Source: a virus
Taxonomy: Duplodnaviria > Caudoviricetes
Strand: one strand, 5' to 3'
Length of the DNA: 64,000 bases
Virus record (IMG/VR): IMGVR_UViG_3300021400_000103
Shown here: piece by piece, positions 1 through 10,721 of the stretch
Numbering within the stretch: the stretch's first letter is position 1
How the letters are laid out: each line of letters begins with the position of its first letter
Program-made: the position numbers and the translations under genes
Notes under the pieces: generated by a model
What the model saw: only the letters and a program-made list of their open reading frames with translations
What the model was told of the DNA's origin: nothing
Database searches by the model: none

Positions 1-1457
1 TTCAGAAGCTAATTGACAAATATAAGGAGAGTCTTTCAGATGCCAAGGATTTAGCATCGTATCAAAAGACGATTAACGAGCAAACTAAAAACATCAGTAG
101 CTTAGAGCGTCAGCTTGCGGCATATGCTGGGGATGATAGTGAAGAGGCACGAGCGACCATTCAGAAGCTCACGCAGAGTCTCGAGGATGCCCGCAATAAT
201 CTGCAAGAAACCGAATGGGATAAGTACATATCAGAAACCAATGATATGTTGGATGATATGTATGAAGACTATTCTGAGCTGTTGAATAAACGACTTGATA
301 ATATCGACGAGTTGTTTACTTGGGGTATCAACGACAACAATAAAAACAGTGAGAACCTTCAGACTACTCTTAACGATGTTGCAACGCAATACGGTTACGA
401 CATTACATCTAACTTTGACAAGATTATTGGTTCTGGTGGTACTACTATCAGCGACTTTAATCAGACATTCACGGATGCAAGTGCAAGTACCCTTACTGTC
501 CTCGGTAATATCTATAACACCATTCTTGAAATGGCTAAAGGAACCGCCGTACAAGATAAGGTGATTAACGAGGGTAATACAGGTACGGAAGGCAGTACGG
601 ATATTGGTGGTGCCACTGGCAAAATAGCAGCAAATACATCTAAGGTAGAAGCCACCAAGAAAAAGGCTGGCTGGAAAAAAGATAGTATTGGTTGGTGGTA
701 TCAAAACGCAGACGGGACTTACCCAGAGAAAAAGTGGGAAAAGATCGGAGATAAATGGTATTATTTTAACGATGAAGGCTATATGGTATCCAATGCTTAT
801 CAGGATGGTTATTGGCTAACTGGAAGCGGTGCCTGGGATGGTCAAAAGAAAGCTGGATGGAAGAAGGATAAAAAGGGCTGGTGGTATCAATATGCAAACG
901 GATCCTATCCAAAAAAACGGTTCTTACAGATAGATGGCAAGATGTATTACTTTGATGAAAAGGGATACATGGTAACCGGAGAAAAGACTATACAAGGTCA
1001 AAAATACGTCTTTGGTAGCGATGGAGCTGCTATTGATCAGCAGGATTTTACTAAGGTCAAGAAAGGATACGCAACCGGTTCCAGTGGTATCAGATCAAGT
1101 CAAATGGCATGGACGCAAGAAAATGGTTCCGAGATTATCTATCGTGCTACGGATGGTGCAATTCTAACACCACTCTCTCGTGGAGATATGGTATTTACGA
1201 ACGACATGTCCAAGGCACTTTGGAATCTTGCTAAGAATCCGAGCCTTGCAAGATCAAGTATCACTCTTCCATCGGTTAATGGCACTGCACGTACTATCAA
1301 TAATGAAAATGAGATCACCTTGGTTCTTCCGAACGTGACTAATTATGAAGAATTCAAGTCTGCTCTCACTAAAGATCCAAAATTCGTTAACTTTGTCCAG
1401 GCAACAACCATTGGTCAGGCACTGGGAAAAGGACGATTAAATAGAGGTAACTTTTAA
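1..1457 (+). CDS. Tail tape measure protein, C-terminal part (5' truncated by window), with choline/cell-wall-binding repeats
   Basis: Frame of ORF 246..1457 is open back to base 3 (QKLIDKYKESLSDAK..., coiled coil). Contains GW..WWY/KWYYF repeats and a C-terminal GYATG..AWTQENG.E motif typical of TMP ends. Lies upstream of Dit/Tal. Confidence 0.8.
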   Translation, partial: QKLIDKYKESLSDAKDLASYQKTINEQTKNISSLERQLAAYAGDDSEEARATIQKLTQSLEDARNNLQETEWDKYISETNDMLDDMYEDYSELLNKRLDNIDELFTWGINDNNKNSENLQTTLNDVATQYGYDITSNFDKIIGSGGTTISDFNQTFTDASASTLTVLGNIYNTILEMAKGTAVQDKVINEGNTGTEGSTDIGGATGKIAANTSKVEATKKKAGWKKDSIGWWYQNADGTYPEKKWEKIGDKWYYFNDEGYMVSNAYQDGYWLTGSGAWDGQKKAGWKKDKKGWWYQYANGSYPKKRFLQIDGKMYYFDEKGYMVTGEKTIQGQKYVFGSDGAAIDQQDFTKVKKGYATGSSGIRSSQMAWTQENGSEIIYRATDGAILTPLSRGDMVFTNDMSKALWNLAKNPSLARSSITLPSVNGTARTINNENEITLVLPNVTNYEEFKSALTKDPKFVNFVQATTIGQALGKGRLNRGNF

Positions 1458-1468
1458 ACTATGATTAT

Positions 1469-1500
1469 GGAGTCGTGGTATAACAGCCACGACTCCTTTT
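1469..1500 (+). terminator. Rho-independent terminator
   Basis: ggagtcgtgg-loop-ccacgactcc followed by tttt. Confidence 0.7.
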
Positions 1501-1516
1501 CTATTTTAGTTAAGGA

Positions 1517-1813
1517 GTGATTAATACTATGAAAGTAGATCGCCTTGAGCGGAAAATTGAAAGACTCAAATCTGAGAATGAACGTCTCAGGGCTGAGAAA
1601 AAAAAATTACAGGACGAAGTTAATATGTTTAAGGAAAAAGAACAGCTGATCGAAGATACTCAAAATGAGTATAACGCAATGCTTACTTCTCTTAAAGAAA
1701 CTACGGAGCAGTATAAATTGTTGGTCGGCAAGCTTCGTCAATACGACGGTAAGATTATGCGCAAGTATAACAAGGGTACGAACACCCTATTACGCGCATC
1801 TAAAACTATATAG
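1517..1813 (+). CDS. Small coiled-coil hypothetical protein
   Basis: RBS aaggag; heptad-rich 98 aa ORF. Confidence 0.6.
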   Translation: MINTMKVDRLERKIERLKSENERLRAEKKKLQDEVNMFKEKEQLIEDTQNEYNAMLTSLKETTEQYKLLVGKLRQYDGKIMRKYNKGTNTLLRASKTI

Positions 1814-1827
1814 AAGGGAGGCTACCG

Positions 1828-2622
1828 ATGACTGAGAATGATTTCGTATTCGATGGCGTAACGCTGTCGGATCATGGTTACATCGTAACATGGGACGGGA
1901 CATATAGCGAAGATGGTGTTGTGTCGTCAATGTCTTATGAAACCGTAAAAGCCTCAAAATCAGATGTTGTTCACAAGGTTAGTTCTTCGTACGAAGAAAA
2001 TTATCATGTGGATGTCACCATCGCAAAGAGTCCGTGTGGTGACGAGAATATGTATTTGACAAACGACGATATTTCCGAGATGTCTCGGTGGCTGTGTAGA
2101 AAGGAATACAAGTGGTTCCGGTGGATAGATGACAATCTTGGTCAGGACGAGATTTGGTTTGAGGTTCAGATCACTATGGATAAAGAGGCGTATGGAGACT
2201 CCATCATTGGACTCAAACTACATATATCAGCCAATCGTCCGTATGGTGTTACACGAGAACACAAGATTAAGTGGAACAACGCAGAAGGTCAACATATCGT
2301 TAACATTTATTCGGATGAGGAAGGATATATAAAGCCTGATGTTGTTATAACTGCACGAACCGATGGGGATATTTCAATTCTTAATGAGCGAGAAAACCGC
2401 ACCACCGAAATAAAGAACTGTGTAGCTGGTGAGGTAATCACAATTCACGGTGGCGATTTGTTACAGATAACGTCTACTGAGGATCATGATTTCGCAAAGG
2501 ATTTCAACTATGTATTCCCCAGATTCTACAATGAATTTGAGAAAAACAAAAACACAATTACCGTAACAGGTATGTGTGACATCGAAATTAGATATAGAGG
2601 TCTACGAAAGGTGGGGATGTAA
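1828..2622 (+). CDS. Distal tail protein (Dit-like)
   Basis: Position after TMP, 264 aa, N-terminal DFVFDG..LSD.G motif. Confidence 0.7.
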   Translation: MTENDFVFDGVTLSDHGYIVTWDGTYSEDGVVSSMSYETVKASKSDVVHKVSSSYEENYHVDVTIAKSPCGDENMYLTNDDISEMSRWLCRKEYKWFRWIDDNLGQDEIWFEVQITMDKEAYGDSIIGLKLHISANRPYGVTREHKIKWNNAEGQHIVNIYSDEEGYIKPDVVITARTDGDISILNERENRTTEIKNCVAGEVITIHGGDLLQITSTEDHDFAKDFNYVFPRFYNEFEKNKNTITVTGMCDIEIRYRGLRKVGM

Positions 2623-2625
2623 TCT

Positions 2626-5600
2626 ATGAAGAAATTCACATATGACATGCTTGACCACATCGAGACTCCTATTGTTGTGTTATCAACTAAGTGGCATCAC
2701 CATCTTGGCCTTATAACAAATATACCGGATGGGCTTAATGTGGTGTTCAATATGAACTCTGTAGATGAAGTATCGTTTGATGTTCATAGAGAATGGGATG
2801 GTAAAAAATGTGAACTGTGGGATAAGATTATTAACTTCAAATATATCTATATTCCAGAGTATGAATCCTACTATGAGATATATGTAACCATAGATGATAC
2901 GGATAATACGGTCAAACACGTCACATCTAAAGCTGCTGGCGAAGTCGAATTAAGCAATAGAAAGCTGATCGATTTTCACTGCAACGATGAAACGGATATC
3001 ACATATACTGCCAAGTATAAGGTTCAGGACGGACAGGTAATTAAAACCGGCGATGCTGGCGTAGTAGACTTTCAGTATGATATGTCTGATAGCGACTTGC
3101 TTCCTGGACAAACAGAGCTAATTAAGGCGACTATCCTTTACCGTCCTATCCTAGATACGGATTCGGAATATCTTGCTATGAAGAAACGTAGAGCCTCTCT
3201 CCTGCATCGTGTCCTAAAAGACAAATGCCCTGATTGGGGAGTTGGCATGATTGATGAAACAGTCGCTAAGATTCAGCGCACATTTACCGGAGATAACATC
3301 GGTATATACGAGTTCTTGACAAATACAGTTGGTAAGGAACTAGACTGCTTGTTTGAGTTTGACAGTGTGAATCGTAAAATTTCTGCGCATGATTTGTTGA
3401 CTGTTTGTAGCAGTTGTGGTTACCGTGGCACATTCATGGATAAATGTCCGAAGTGTGAATCTACCAGATTTATCATCCCGTACGGTAAGCAGACTGGTAT
3501 CTTCTTGAATACCGAAAACTTTGCAACAGAGGTCAATTTGTCTGGTAATACCGACAATGTTAAGAACTGTCTGCGTCTGATTGCGGGCGACGACGAGATG
3601 ACTGCTGCGGTTCGAAATATCAACCCAAATGGTTCGCAGTATATCTATCATTTTTCAGATGAGATGTTGGATGATATGCCGGATGAGCTTGTGTCCAAGA
3701 TTATTTCTTATAACGAACTGTATGAAAGCAAGGAACCTGAATATACCATATTAACCGAGCGATATTATGAACTGTTAGACAGACTTGGATATCTTCAACA
3801 TTCTATGATGCCGGAGACTCCAATCCCTGGTGAAACTACGGCAAAGAAACAGCTTGCAATACTTGAGGAATGTTTTAGACAGGCAACCCCAGAGAAGGCA
3901 GCCGTGGAGGATATAGCAAAAGCATCTACGAGTACAGCCGAGTCTGCGGTACAGGGGTTGAGTAAGGTGTTGGTAGATCCGCGCTACACCGTAAAGATTA
4001 AAGAAACCGTTAAATATGAAAAGTATGACGGATACGGAATATGGCAAGGACGCTTCACGGTTACCGATCTTGGCTACACCAAGGATATGGATAATAAAGA
4101 TGGAAAGTATGAAGCAACAAGTACGGCATCTGTGTTGGTTACAGTTACAGGTGATTATGAAACATTTCTTCGTCAAAAGTTGTTAAAGCAATTAGACAGA
4201 TCAGATGCAAGTCTAGTTACCATATTCAAGATAGATGATGAAACTGAGTTTAAGGCAGAACTGAAAAAGTATAGCCTGGAACGATTAAAAGCGTTCAAGG
4301 GTACATATGAAGGCGTTGTGGCAACGCTTATTAATGCAGAAGCAACAACTACAAACGCTAACTTCTTCGGTGCTGATTTAAAGACGGAGATCTACGATCC
4401 TTACTATCGTAAGCTTGGATATATAGAGGAAGAGATTGCGGTTCGTGATGGTGAGGTTGAAACGGTTTCAAATGAACTTGCTGATGTTGTAGCACAGCGA
4501 AAGATCATCTCCGACCAACTTGATTTTCCAACATATCTCGGGGACGAACTATTCACTATATTCTCCATGTATCGTATGGAGGGTGATTACAACAACTCCA
4601 ATTATATCTCAACCGATCTTGAGAACAACGAGATCGTAGAAAAGGCAAAAGAGTTCTTTGAGGTTGCACAGGACGAAGCTATTAAGGCAAGCCAGATCGA
4701 ACTCACCATTTCAGAGACCCTGAACAATCTTCTGAATACAAAAGAGTTTAGGGATTTCAAAGATGGATTTGATATAGGCGATTGGTTAATTACCGAAGTA
4801 GATGAAAAAATATATAGGCTCAGATTAATCGGAGTTACATACGACTACTCCTCTCCTGCCGGTATATCTTTCACATTCTCTAATGTGGACAGAATGAAAT
4901 CTATGAGTGATGAATTAACGTCTATATTGGATCAGGCTAAGTCGATTGCTGGCACATACAACACAGTTACGCATCAGGCAGAGCAAGGTAATGATGCCAA
5001 GGATGAAGTATCGTCCATGCAGAATGACGGCGTAGATTCCGGCACATACAACATCTTCTCTGGTATTAACAGCCGAGTTGTCATTGATGAAAATGGTATT
5101 TTATTGGCCGATTATAACTCCATCGAAGGCAAGGATTATGACGAACAGCTCAAGATTATTAACAATGGTATTTACTTCACTGATGATAACTGGGCAAACG
5201 TCAAGACTGCCATTGGTAAAATCCGGTATGAATTAAACGGAGCTGTACAGACAAGGTATGGTGTTAATGCTGAGACTTTGATCGCCGGACTTATGATAGC
5301 GGGAGAAATCTATAGTCAAAACTACTCTTCTATCAATGGTACAGGAACCTACTTTAACCTTGACAATGGGGAATTCACCATTGGTAATGAGAGTCTTGTA
5401 TACAGAGATGGATTGCTTAACATTAAGAATACTGTGATTAACTGGGAGTCAGTGGATGCTCCTGCCGTAACAAACATTAGTGGTCTGGCAGATGCGTTAG
5501 CGGCGAAGCAGAATAAGTTAATTGCTGGAGATAATATAACTATCGATCAAAGTACAAACACCATCTCAGCCACTACAGGAGCAAAGAGTTATATAAAAAT

Positions 5601-5937
5601 ATCTAGAGAAGACTACGATTCCTTGTCTTATGAGGAAAAGCATAACGGTATTCCTTATTATATATACGACTCCGAAGGTGGTAGCAGTAGTAACAGAACG
5701 TGGTATGGAACCACTGAGCCGGCCTCATCACTTGGTAAAAACGGCGATATATATGCGTTATATGATTCAGGTGAATCTACGGTTACTGCACTGTATGTAA
5801 AGATAGCTAATATGTGGATGCCTTACTCTCCTACTATACCGCAGAGGAGTGGATCTACTATACAACAGTTTACAATAACAGAAACAACTAGTAGTACAAA
5901 TACGACAAGTACATATGAAACCATCGATGGCGAATAA
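2626..5937 (+). CDS. Tail hub/spike (Tal-like) protein
   Basis: 1103 aa after Dit; prophage-tail-like N-terminus, internal CSSC..CPKC ribbon, beta-rich C-terminus. Confidence 0.65.
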   Translation: MKKFTYDMLDHIETPIVVLSTKWHHHLGLITNIPDGLNVVFNMNSVDEVSFDVHREWDGKKCELWDKIINFKYIYIPEYESYYEIYVTIDDTDNTVKHVTSKAAGEVELSNRKLIDFHCNDETDITYTAKYKVQDGQVIKTGDAGVVDFQYDMSDSDLLPGQTELIKATILYRPILDTDSEYLAMKKRRASLLHRVLKDKCPDWGVGMIDETVAKIQRTFTGDNIGIYEFLTNTVGKELDCLFEFDSVNRKISAHDLLTVCSSCGYRGTFMDKCPKCESTRFIIPYGKQTGIFLNTENFATEVNLSGNTDNVKNCLRLIAGDDEMTAAVRNINPNGSQYIYHFSDEMLDDMPDELVSKIISYNELYESKEPEYTILTERYYELLDRLGYLQHSMMPETPIPGETTAKKQLAILEECFRQATPEKAAVEDIAKASTSTAESAVQGLSKVLVDPRYTVKIKETVKYEKYDGYGIWQGRFTVTDLGYTKDMDNKDGKYEATSTASVLVTVTGDYETFLRQKLLKQLDRSDASLVTIFKIDDETEFKAELKKYSLERLKAFKGTYEGVVATLINAEATTTNANFFGADLKTEIYDPYYRKLGYIEEEIAVRDGEVETVSNELADVVAQRKIISDQLDFPTYLGDELFTIFSMYRMEGDYNNSNYISTDLENNEIVEKAKEFFEVAQDEAIKASQIELTISETLNNLLNTKEFRDFKDGFDIGDWLITEVDEKIYRLRLIGVTYDYSSPAGISFTFSNVDRMKSMSDELTSILDQAKSIAGTYNTVTHQAEQGNDAKDEVSSMQNDGVDSGTYNIFSGINSRVVIDENGILLADYNSIEGKDYDEQLKIINNGIYFTDDNWANVKTAIGKIRYELNGAVQTRYGVNAETLIAGLMIAGEIYSQNYSSINGTGTYFNLDNGEFTIGNESLVYRDGLLNIKNTVINWESVDAPAVTNISGLADALAAKQNKLIAGDNITIDQSTNTISATTGAKSYIKISREDYDSLSYEEKHNGIPYYIYDSEGGSSSNRTWYGTTEPASSLGKNGDIYALYDSGESTVTALYVKIANMWMPYSPTIPQRSGSTIQQFTITETTSSTNTTSTYETIDGE

Positions 5938-5951
5938 AAGGAGGGCGCAAC

Positions 5952-6521
5952 ATGTTAACGAATAACTATTATAAAATGAGAGGATTTTTTGATTCTCATA
6001 CGAATAAATGTGATGGGTCGTCATATGGTGTACCTGCAGCAGATATAACAGTAATAGACATTGATGGAACTTCACGTTCTAACCTATCCTATACATCTAA
6101 TACTAATGCCGGTTATGCCGCTGGCGCAAATAGTAACTACTCTATGAAACAGTATATATATCCTGTTTTAGGGCTGAGTAACATAGAACCGACATTAAAC
6201 GATTATCATCTTAGAGACCAGGTTGATTTGAATCTTACTACAACGATAAACTCTGTTGGAGCGGACGGAGTAGTTACAACAAAATTTGTCATTACCGGAA
6301 CAAATACAACTGGAGCCGAAATCACTATAAGAGAAATTGGAATTGTAAAAATCATAAGTGTACTCTCCGAAGGATCAAATCCTATGCCGTATGATCCAGC
6401 AGAAGATAGTCAATATAATAGACAACCTAGAGTATTGCTCGACCGTTCTTTGTTAAAAAAACCAAAAACCGTGGCAGCAAACGAGTCGTTTTCTCTCACT
6501 TTCGATTGGCAAGAGATGTAA
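5952..6521 (+). CDS. Putative baseplate/tail-collar protein
   Basis: ITIREIG..LLDR motif resembles tail-collar fibre proteins; tail context. Confidence 0.45.
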   Translation: MLTNNYYKMRGFFDSHTNKCDGSSYGVPAADITVIDIDGTSRSNLSYTSNTNAGYAAGANSNYSMKQYIYPVLGLSNIEPTLNDYHLRDQVDLNLTTTINSVGADGVVTTKFVITGTNTTGAEITIREIGIVKIISVLSEGSNPMPYDPAEDSQYNRQPRVLLDRSLLKKPKTVAANESFSLTFDWQEM

Positions 6522-6536
6522 GTTGGAGGTGATTGG

Positions 6537-7703
6537 ATGAATGAAATAAGACTTGATGATGAGATTTACAGCGGTGGAAGCAGTTCAAATGTAGAAGCCA
6601 ATCCGACTGGTACTGCAACGGAAACGCTAACAAAACTTGGCGTTGATGGTACTGTGTACGGCATTGATTCTGGTACTGATGTTGAAGCGAACCCAAGTGG
6701 CACACCAACAGATGAGTTATCTGCTATAGGTATAGATGGAACTGTGTATGAAATTACTGGTTTCGAACTGCCTGAACATGTAACAATGGATGAAACGAAG
6801 GTACGGGTATCTGGTGATCCCACTGGGTGGACAAGCTCCGAGAACTATTATGATGAAGCAATTAGTTGGAGTGTTGGCGGTAGAGTATATACCAAAGACA
6901 ACGCTCAACCTGCATTAATCGCTGGATGCCAATATGATGGTAGTACGTTGTACCATACTGTTGCTGTTTCGACGATTGCAGCAGGAACGCACTACCGTTG
7001 GGCTAACTATGTTAATGATCAGGATAATGAGTTCGAGTATAAAGGTAGAACTTGGTATTACAGCGGTGGAGATGGTTCGTATCATGAATTACCATATGTG
7101 GGTATTAATGACATAGGTCATTTTTCCACAATGTTAGACGCAGCTAAGTACCTGATTGATCAGGCAGATCTTGCTGGCGCACATTTTGTTCAGATGTCAG
7201 ACCCTGAAACTGGCACTATTCTTGCTGGTGGCGGAGAAAAAGAAGATTTGTCTGATGCCCCATTCAAGGTAACGAACGATGGTGCTGTATACGCAACTGA
7301 GTTTTACAAAAATGGTGTTCCTATTGGAGGCGGCGGAGGAGGATCACAGCATCAATATTTCACAGAAGAACAAGTGGTTGGGACATGGACGGATGGAAGT
7401 AATGTGTATGAAAAGAGTTATCAGTTTACGCTTGCATCAGATAGTAGTTATTCTATTCAAACTCTTGATACAATAGCAAATATGAATAATGTATGGATAA
7501 AAGAAGGGTACGGAATAAATACTTATAGCAACGCCAAATATTCATCAGTTATCGGATTATACAATAGTAATCCAACTGAAACTGATGTTGCAGGATATCT
7601 TAGTTATAACAGCAATAATGAACTAAAATTCGAGTATAGATGCGGCCAATTTATGCATGGCGGTACAGCCCACCTTACCATCCGCTACACTAAGACATCT
7701 TGA
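6537..7703 (+). CDS. Tail fibre-like protein
   Basis: Duplicated VEANP.GT.T..L..G.DGTVY motif; Y.TEEQVVGTW.DG..VYEK module common in tail fibres. Confidence 0.55.
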   Translation: MNEIRLDDEIYSGGSSSNVEANPTGTATETLTKLGVDGTVYGIDSGTDVEANPSGTPTDELSAIGIDGTVYEITGFELPEHVTMDETKVRVSGDPTGWTSSENYYDEAISWSVGGRVYTKDNAQPALIAGCQYDGSTLYHTVAVSTIAAGTHYRWANYVNDQDNEFEYKGRTWYYSGGDGSYHELPYVGINDIGHFSTMLDAAKYLIDQADLAGAHFVQMSDPETGTILAGGGEKEDLSDAPFKVTNDGAVYATEFYKNGVPIGGGGGGSQHQYFTEEQVVGTWTDGSNVYEKSYQFTLASDSSYSIQTLDTIANMNNVWIKEGYGINTYSNAKYSSVIGLYNSNPTETDVAGYLSYNSNNELKFEYRCGQFMHGGTAHLTIRYTKTS

Positions 7704-7719
7704 AAGAAAGGAGGAAAAA

Positions 7720-8337
7720 ATGTCAGATCAAACTCCATATAAAGTAAATTTAAAAGATATTAATGGCAATCCGGTTTATCCTAACACAGTTTCTGGAGCT
7801 GTATATGTTGGAGAATCGGTTAATTTAAATAGTAAACTGAGCGAAATAGATAGCGGTATTGAGGATCTGAATGATAATGTATCCAGAATAGATGGAACAA
7901 TCGCTTCAATGCCATATGCGGGTAGCCCGAGTCATGGCGGCCCAGCATCATCTGCAATGGCATTAACTGGTGCTGGCAGTGATAAAGGCAGCGCTACTAT
8001 GCCAGTCTATTTTAAGGCAGGTACTCCTTTCCCATGTAATATGCGAATGTACGATGTAAAGATACCAGCGCATAGTAATCTAACTGTATCGATAAAAAGT
8101 GGTATTGCATGTGTTGGTAAAAAAGGGGTTGGAGTAACCGATGTAACTACTCCCTTATCCGTATATTTAGATGGATTTGGTGGAGTAATGAATATAAGTG
8201 CTCCTGCGCAACCATACTGTACCGTTGAGTTGTATGGAGGCGGTGCTGGTACTTATGGTACGCATCAATATAAAGTTACAAACAATTCAGGTGTAGAAGT
8301 TGTTTTGTTTGTAGCATGTACAATAGATCAAGAGTAA
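7720..8337 (+). CDS. Tail fibre-like protein
   Basis: RBS ggagg before ATG 7720; VYPNT...V motif. Confidence 0.5.
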   Translation: MSDQTPYKVNLKDINGNPVYPNTVSGAVYVGESVNLNSKLSEIDSGIEDLNDNVSRIDGTIASMPYAGSPSHGGPASSAMALTGAGSDKGSATMPVYFKAGTPFPCNMRMYDVKIPAHSNLTVSIKSGIACVGKKGVGVTDVTTPLSVYLDGFGGVMNISAPAQPYCTVELYGGGAGTYGTHQYKVTNNSGVEVVLFVACTIDQE

Positions 8338-8349
8338 GGAGGTGAGAAA

Positions 8350-10596
8350 GTGGAAAACTTGCAGAAATTATCGTTGGATATAATGAACAACCATACGTAT
8401 GATTATATATTTGCTAACCAAGATGATGTTGGCAGAACTGTTGAAATTACCATTACTGACAATAATGAGCCGATGGATCTTCGTGGTGTTAAGGCTGTAT
8501 TTTTCATGAAGAAGCCAGACGGAACTACTGTTACAAATAATGTTAGCGTACGAGGAAGCGTTGTTACTGTTGTAATTACTGCAGAGATGACGTCCTGCCC
8601 TGGTAAAGCTGCTTATCAGATTAAACTTGAAAAGGAACCTAACTTTATCAGTACGATAAAGGGTGTATTCTTAGTGGAAAGTTCTGCCATTCAAGAAGGT
8701 GATATGCCCAGTGGTCATGAGTCAACCATGTGGGAAGATGTTGTTCGGCGATCTGATGAAACAGAGTATTATTGGGAACAAGTCAAAGCAATGGTTGCTG
8801 GCGATGTTAACCAAGAGGGGCTTATTCCGATGGGTGCTATTTACTTCAGTCAGCTTACAAGTCTTACACCAAGTCCGAGACAGTTATATACAATAAAGGA
8901 TGCGTTTGTATCTGATGACACATTCCTTGATGGTGGAGGTGTCTCATATCCGGGCGGTGTGAATGTGTATAGGAATGCAGATAATAATAAGTGGATAGCA
9001 ATCCCTGGTGCTTATTTATCCATAGCAAATAATGTTCCCACGAATGGCACTGGCGTATGGCTTGAAGAATATGACCCAGGTGCCGATCCAGGCCCAACGA
9101 TTCCTTCTTATAATGACAACGTTTTTTTTACATCAGGGTATGACTCTGGAAGCTATGGAACATCAAGAGGTTTAGGACAGGTAATCTATGATCACATTGT
9201 TAGTTTTGATTATCCAATTTCGTTTGTAAAGTCTGATACAAAACGCGGATGTCCGTATATGATGTCAGAAAACGAATCTAAAACAATATATCTTGATTTT
9301 ACTGTTAACGCTGACAACACTCAAACGGTGTGGTGGTGGTCTGATGATGACGACTCTGATTTTGAATTAAATTTATACAATGTATTTAGGGCTAACGGAG
9401 ATAAACGTGGCGATTTAGTAACCGATGGTTATCTTGCGGAAGCGATTAATTATTACGACTTTAGGGACATGGGGAATATTAAACTTCATAAACAAGAAGA
9501 GTATGGTGGAGGTGGCGATATTTTGTCTGGAAAGCAAGATGCCACAATTCTGATTGACAATTGTAGTATTAGTGGTTATTGGGAGGATTCCAGAAAACAA
9601 TTATTTGGTTTTTCAGAAGATCTCACCTTTTCTGGAAATAACTTGACGTTATATAACAATCCAGAAGATTTGTTTGACAACACATCTGTTAAAGACGACG
9701 AGCTGAATATATCTAATTGGACATTTCTTCACACTATGTTTGCTACTCAGTCACAAACAATATTGGGTGCTGTAGACATTGATAGAGTAATTGCTCGAAA
9801 CTGGAGTTTCTTAGATGGATATTCTGGCTTTCCTGTTCCGTGTTTATATAAAATATCAAGAACATACGGACACCCAATTAGTTATTTGGATTTAACGGGA
9901 TGGTCATTAAGTTCATTTGCTGATGAACCAATTGGCAATGTTTTTCAAGTATATGACGAAGAGCTTGGTGAATATAAAACTATTTTTGATAACGGTGCAA
10001 CCGTAATAGGGATAGACACCTGGGACGTATCTCGAGTTCAAAATATGGCAGAATTGTTTAAGGGTGTACATACGAATACGGCGATAGACTTATCTCAATG
10101 GGATGTATCTTCAGTTGTTGATATGGATTACATATTTCAAAAATCAGATCTCTCCGCAAACACATGTAACTCTATAAGTAACTGGGATGTAAGTAATGTT
10201 GCACACTTTGGATATGCATTTAGTGAATCTTGCGCGAATGGATATGATTTTTCATTCCTAGATGATTGGAATATTAATCAGGATGCCGATTTTAACTGGA
10301 TAATGCACCAAAACGATCATTATAATATGTGGAATATAAGACTGCCAAAGTGGAATGGATGGTTTAGTAGTTATAACGACGGAACCTACTATCCATATGA
10401 ACACAATCGTGTACCAAGGTTATATTTCCAAGGTTTGTTGTTAAATGATTCATATCTTCCTACGGCTGGTTACGACACGTATACTGGTTATTCATATACG
10501 TTATTAGAGGAAGACCAATATGTTTATTGGGATGGAGATGTGTGGAGAACAAAAGATGAAGAAGAATATGTTCACGAAGCAGATCCAGAATCGTAA
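8350..10596 (+). CDS. BppU-like baseplate upper protein with C-terminal BspA/DUF285-like repeats
   Basis: N-terminal ANQDD.GR..ITI.D..KKPDG (BppU_N-like); WDVS.V.NM..F repeats. Confidence 0.7.
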   Translation: MENLQKLSLDIMNNHTYDYIFANQDDVGRTVEITITDNNEPMDLRGVKAVFFMKKPDGTTVTNNVSVRGSVVTVVITAEMTSCPGKAAYQIKLEKEPNFISTIKGVFLVESSAIQEGDMPSGHESTMWEDVVRRSDETEYYWEQVKAMVAGDVNQEGLIPMGAIYFSQLTSLTPSPRQLYTIKDAFVSDDTFLDGGGVSYPGGVNVYRNADNNKWIAIPGAYLSIANNVPTNGTGVWLEEYDPGADPGPTIPSYNDNVFFTSGYDSGSYGTSRGLGQVIYDHIVSFDYPISFVKSDTKRGCPYMMSENESKTIYLDFTVNADNTQTVWWWSDDDDSDFELNLYNVFRANGDKRGDLVTDGYLAEAINYYDFRDMGNIKLHKQEEYGGGGDILSGKQDATILIDNCSISGYWEDSRKQLFGFSEDLTFSGNNLTLYNNPEDLFDNTSVKDDELNISNWTFLHTMFATQSQTILGAVDIDRVIARNWSFLDGYSGFPVPCLYKISRTYGHPISYLDLTGWSLSSFADEPIGNVFQVYDEELGEYKTIFDNGATVIGIDTWDVSRVQNMAELFKGVHTNTAIDLSQWDVSSVVDMDYIFQKSDLSANTCNSISNWDVSNVAHFGYAFSESCANGYDFSFLDDWNINQDADFNWIMHQNDHYNMWNIRLPKWNGWFSSYNDGTYYPYEHNRVPRLYFQGLLLNDSYLPTAGYDTYTGYSYTLLEEDQYVYWDGDVWRTKDEEEYVHEADPES

Positions 10597-10613
10597 TTAG
10601 AAGGAGGCGAAAC

Positions 10614-10721
10614 ATGTACACAATCTTAATTAATAAAGACAAATCTTTAACCACATCTGTAAAAACCACCCTCCTCCGAAATTCGCAGACGGATGAAATA
10701 CAGTTTTTATTGTTATATTAA
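10614..10721 (+). pseudogene. Truncated paralog (35 aa) of the 10836..11483 gene
   Basis: RBS aaggagg; MYTILINKDKSLTTSVKTTLLRNSQTDEIQFLLLY* aligns with MYTIVMDKYKNLNTTIRTTIFQKESLVDKIQFLIP. Confidence 0.7.
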
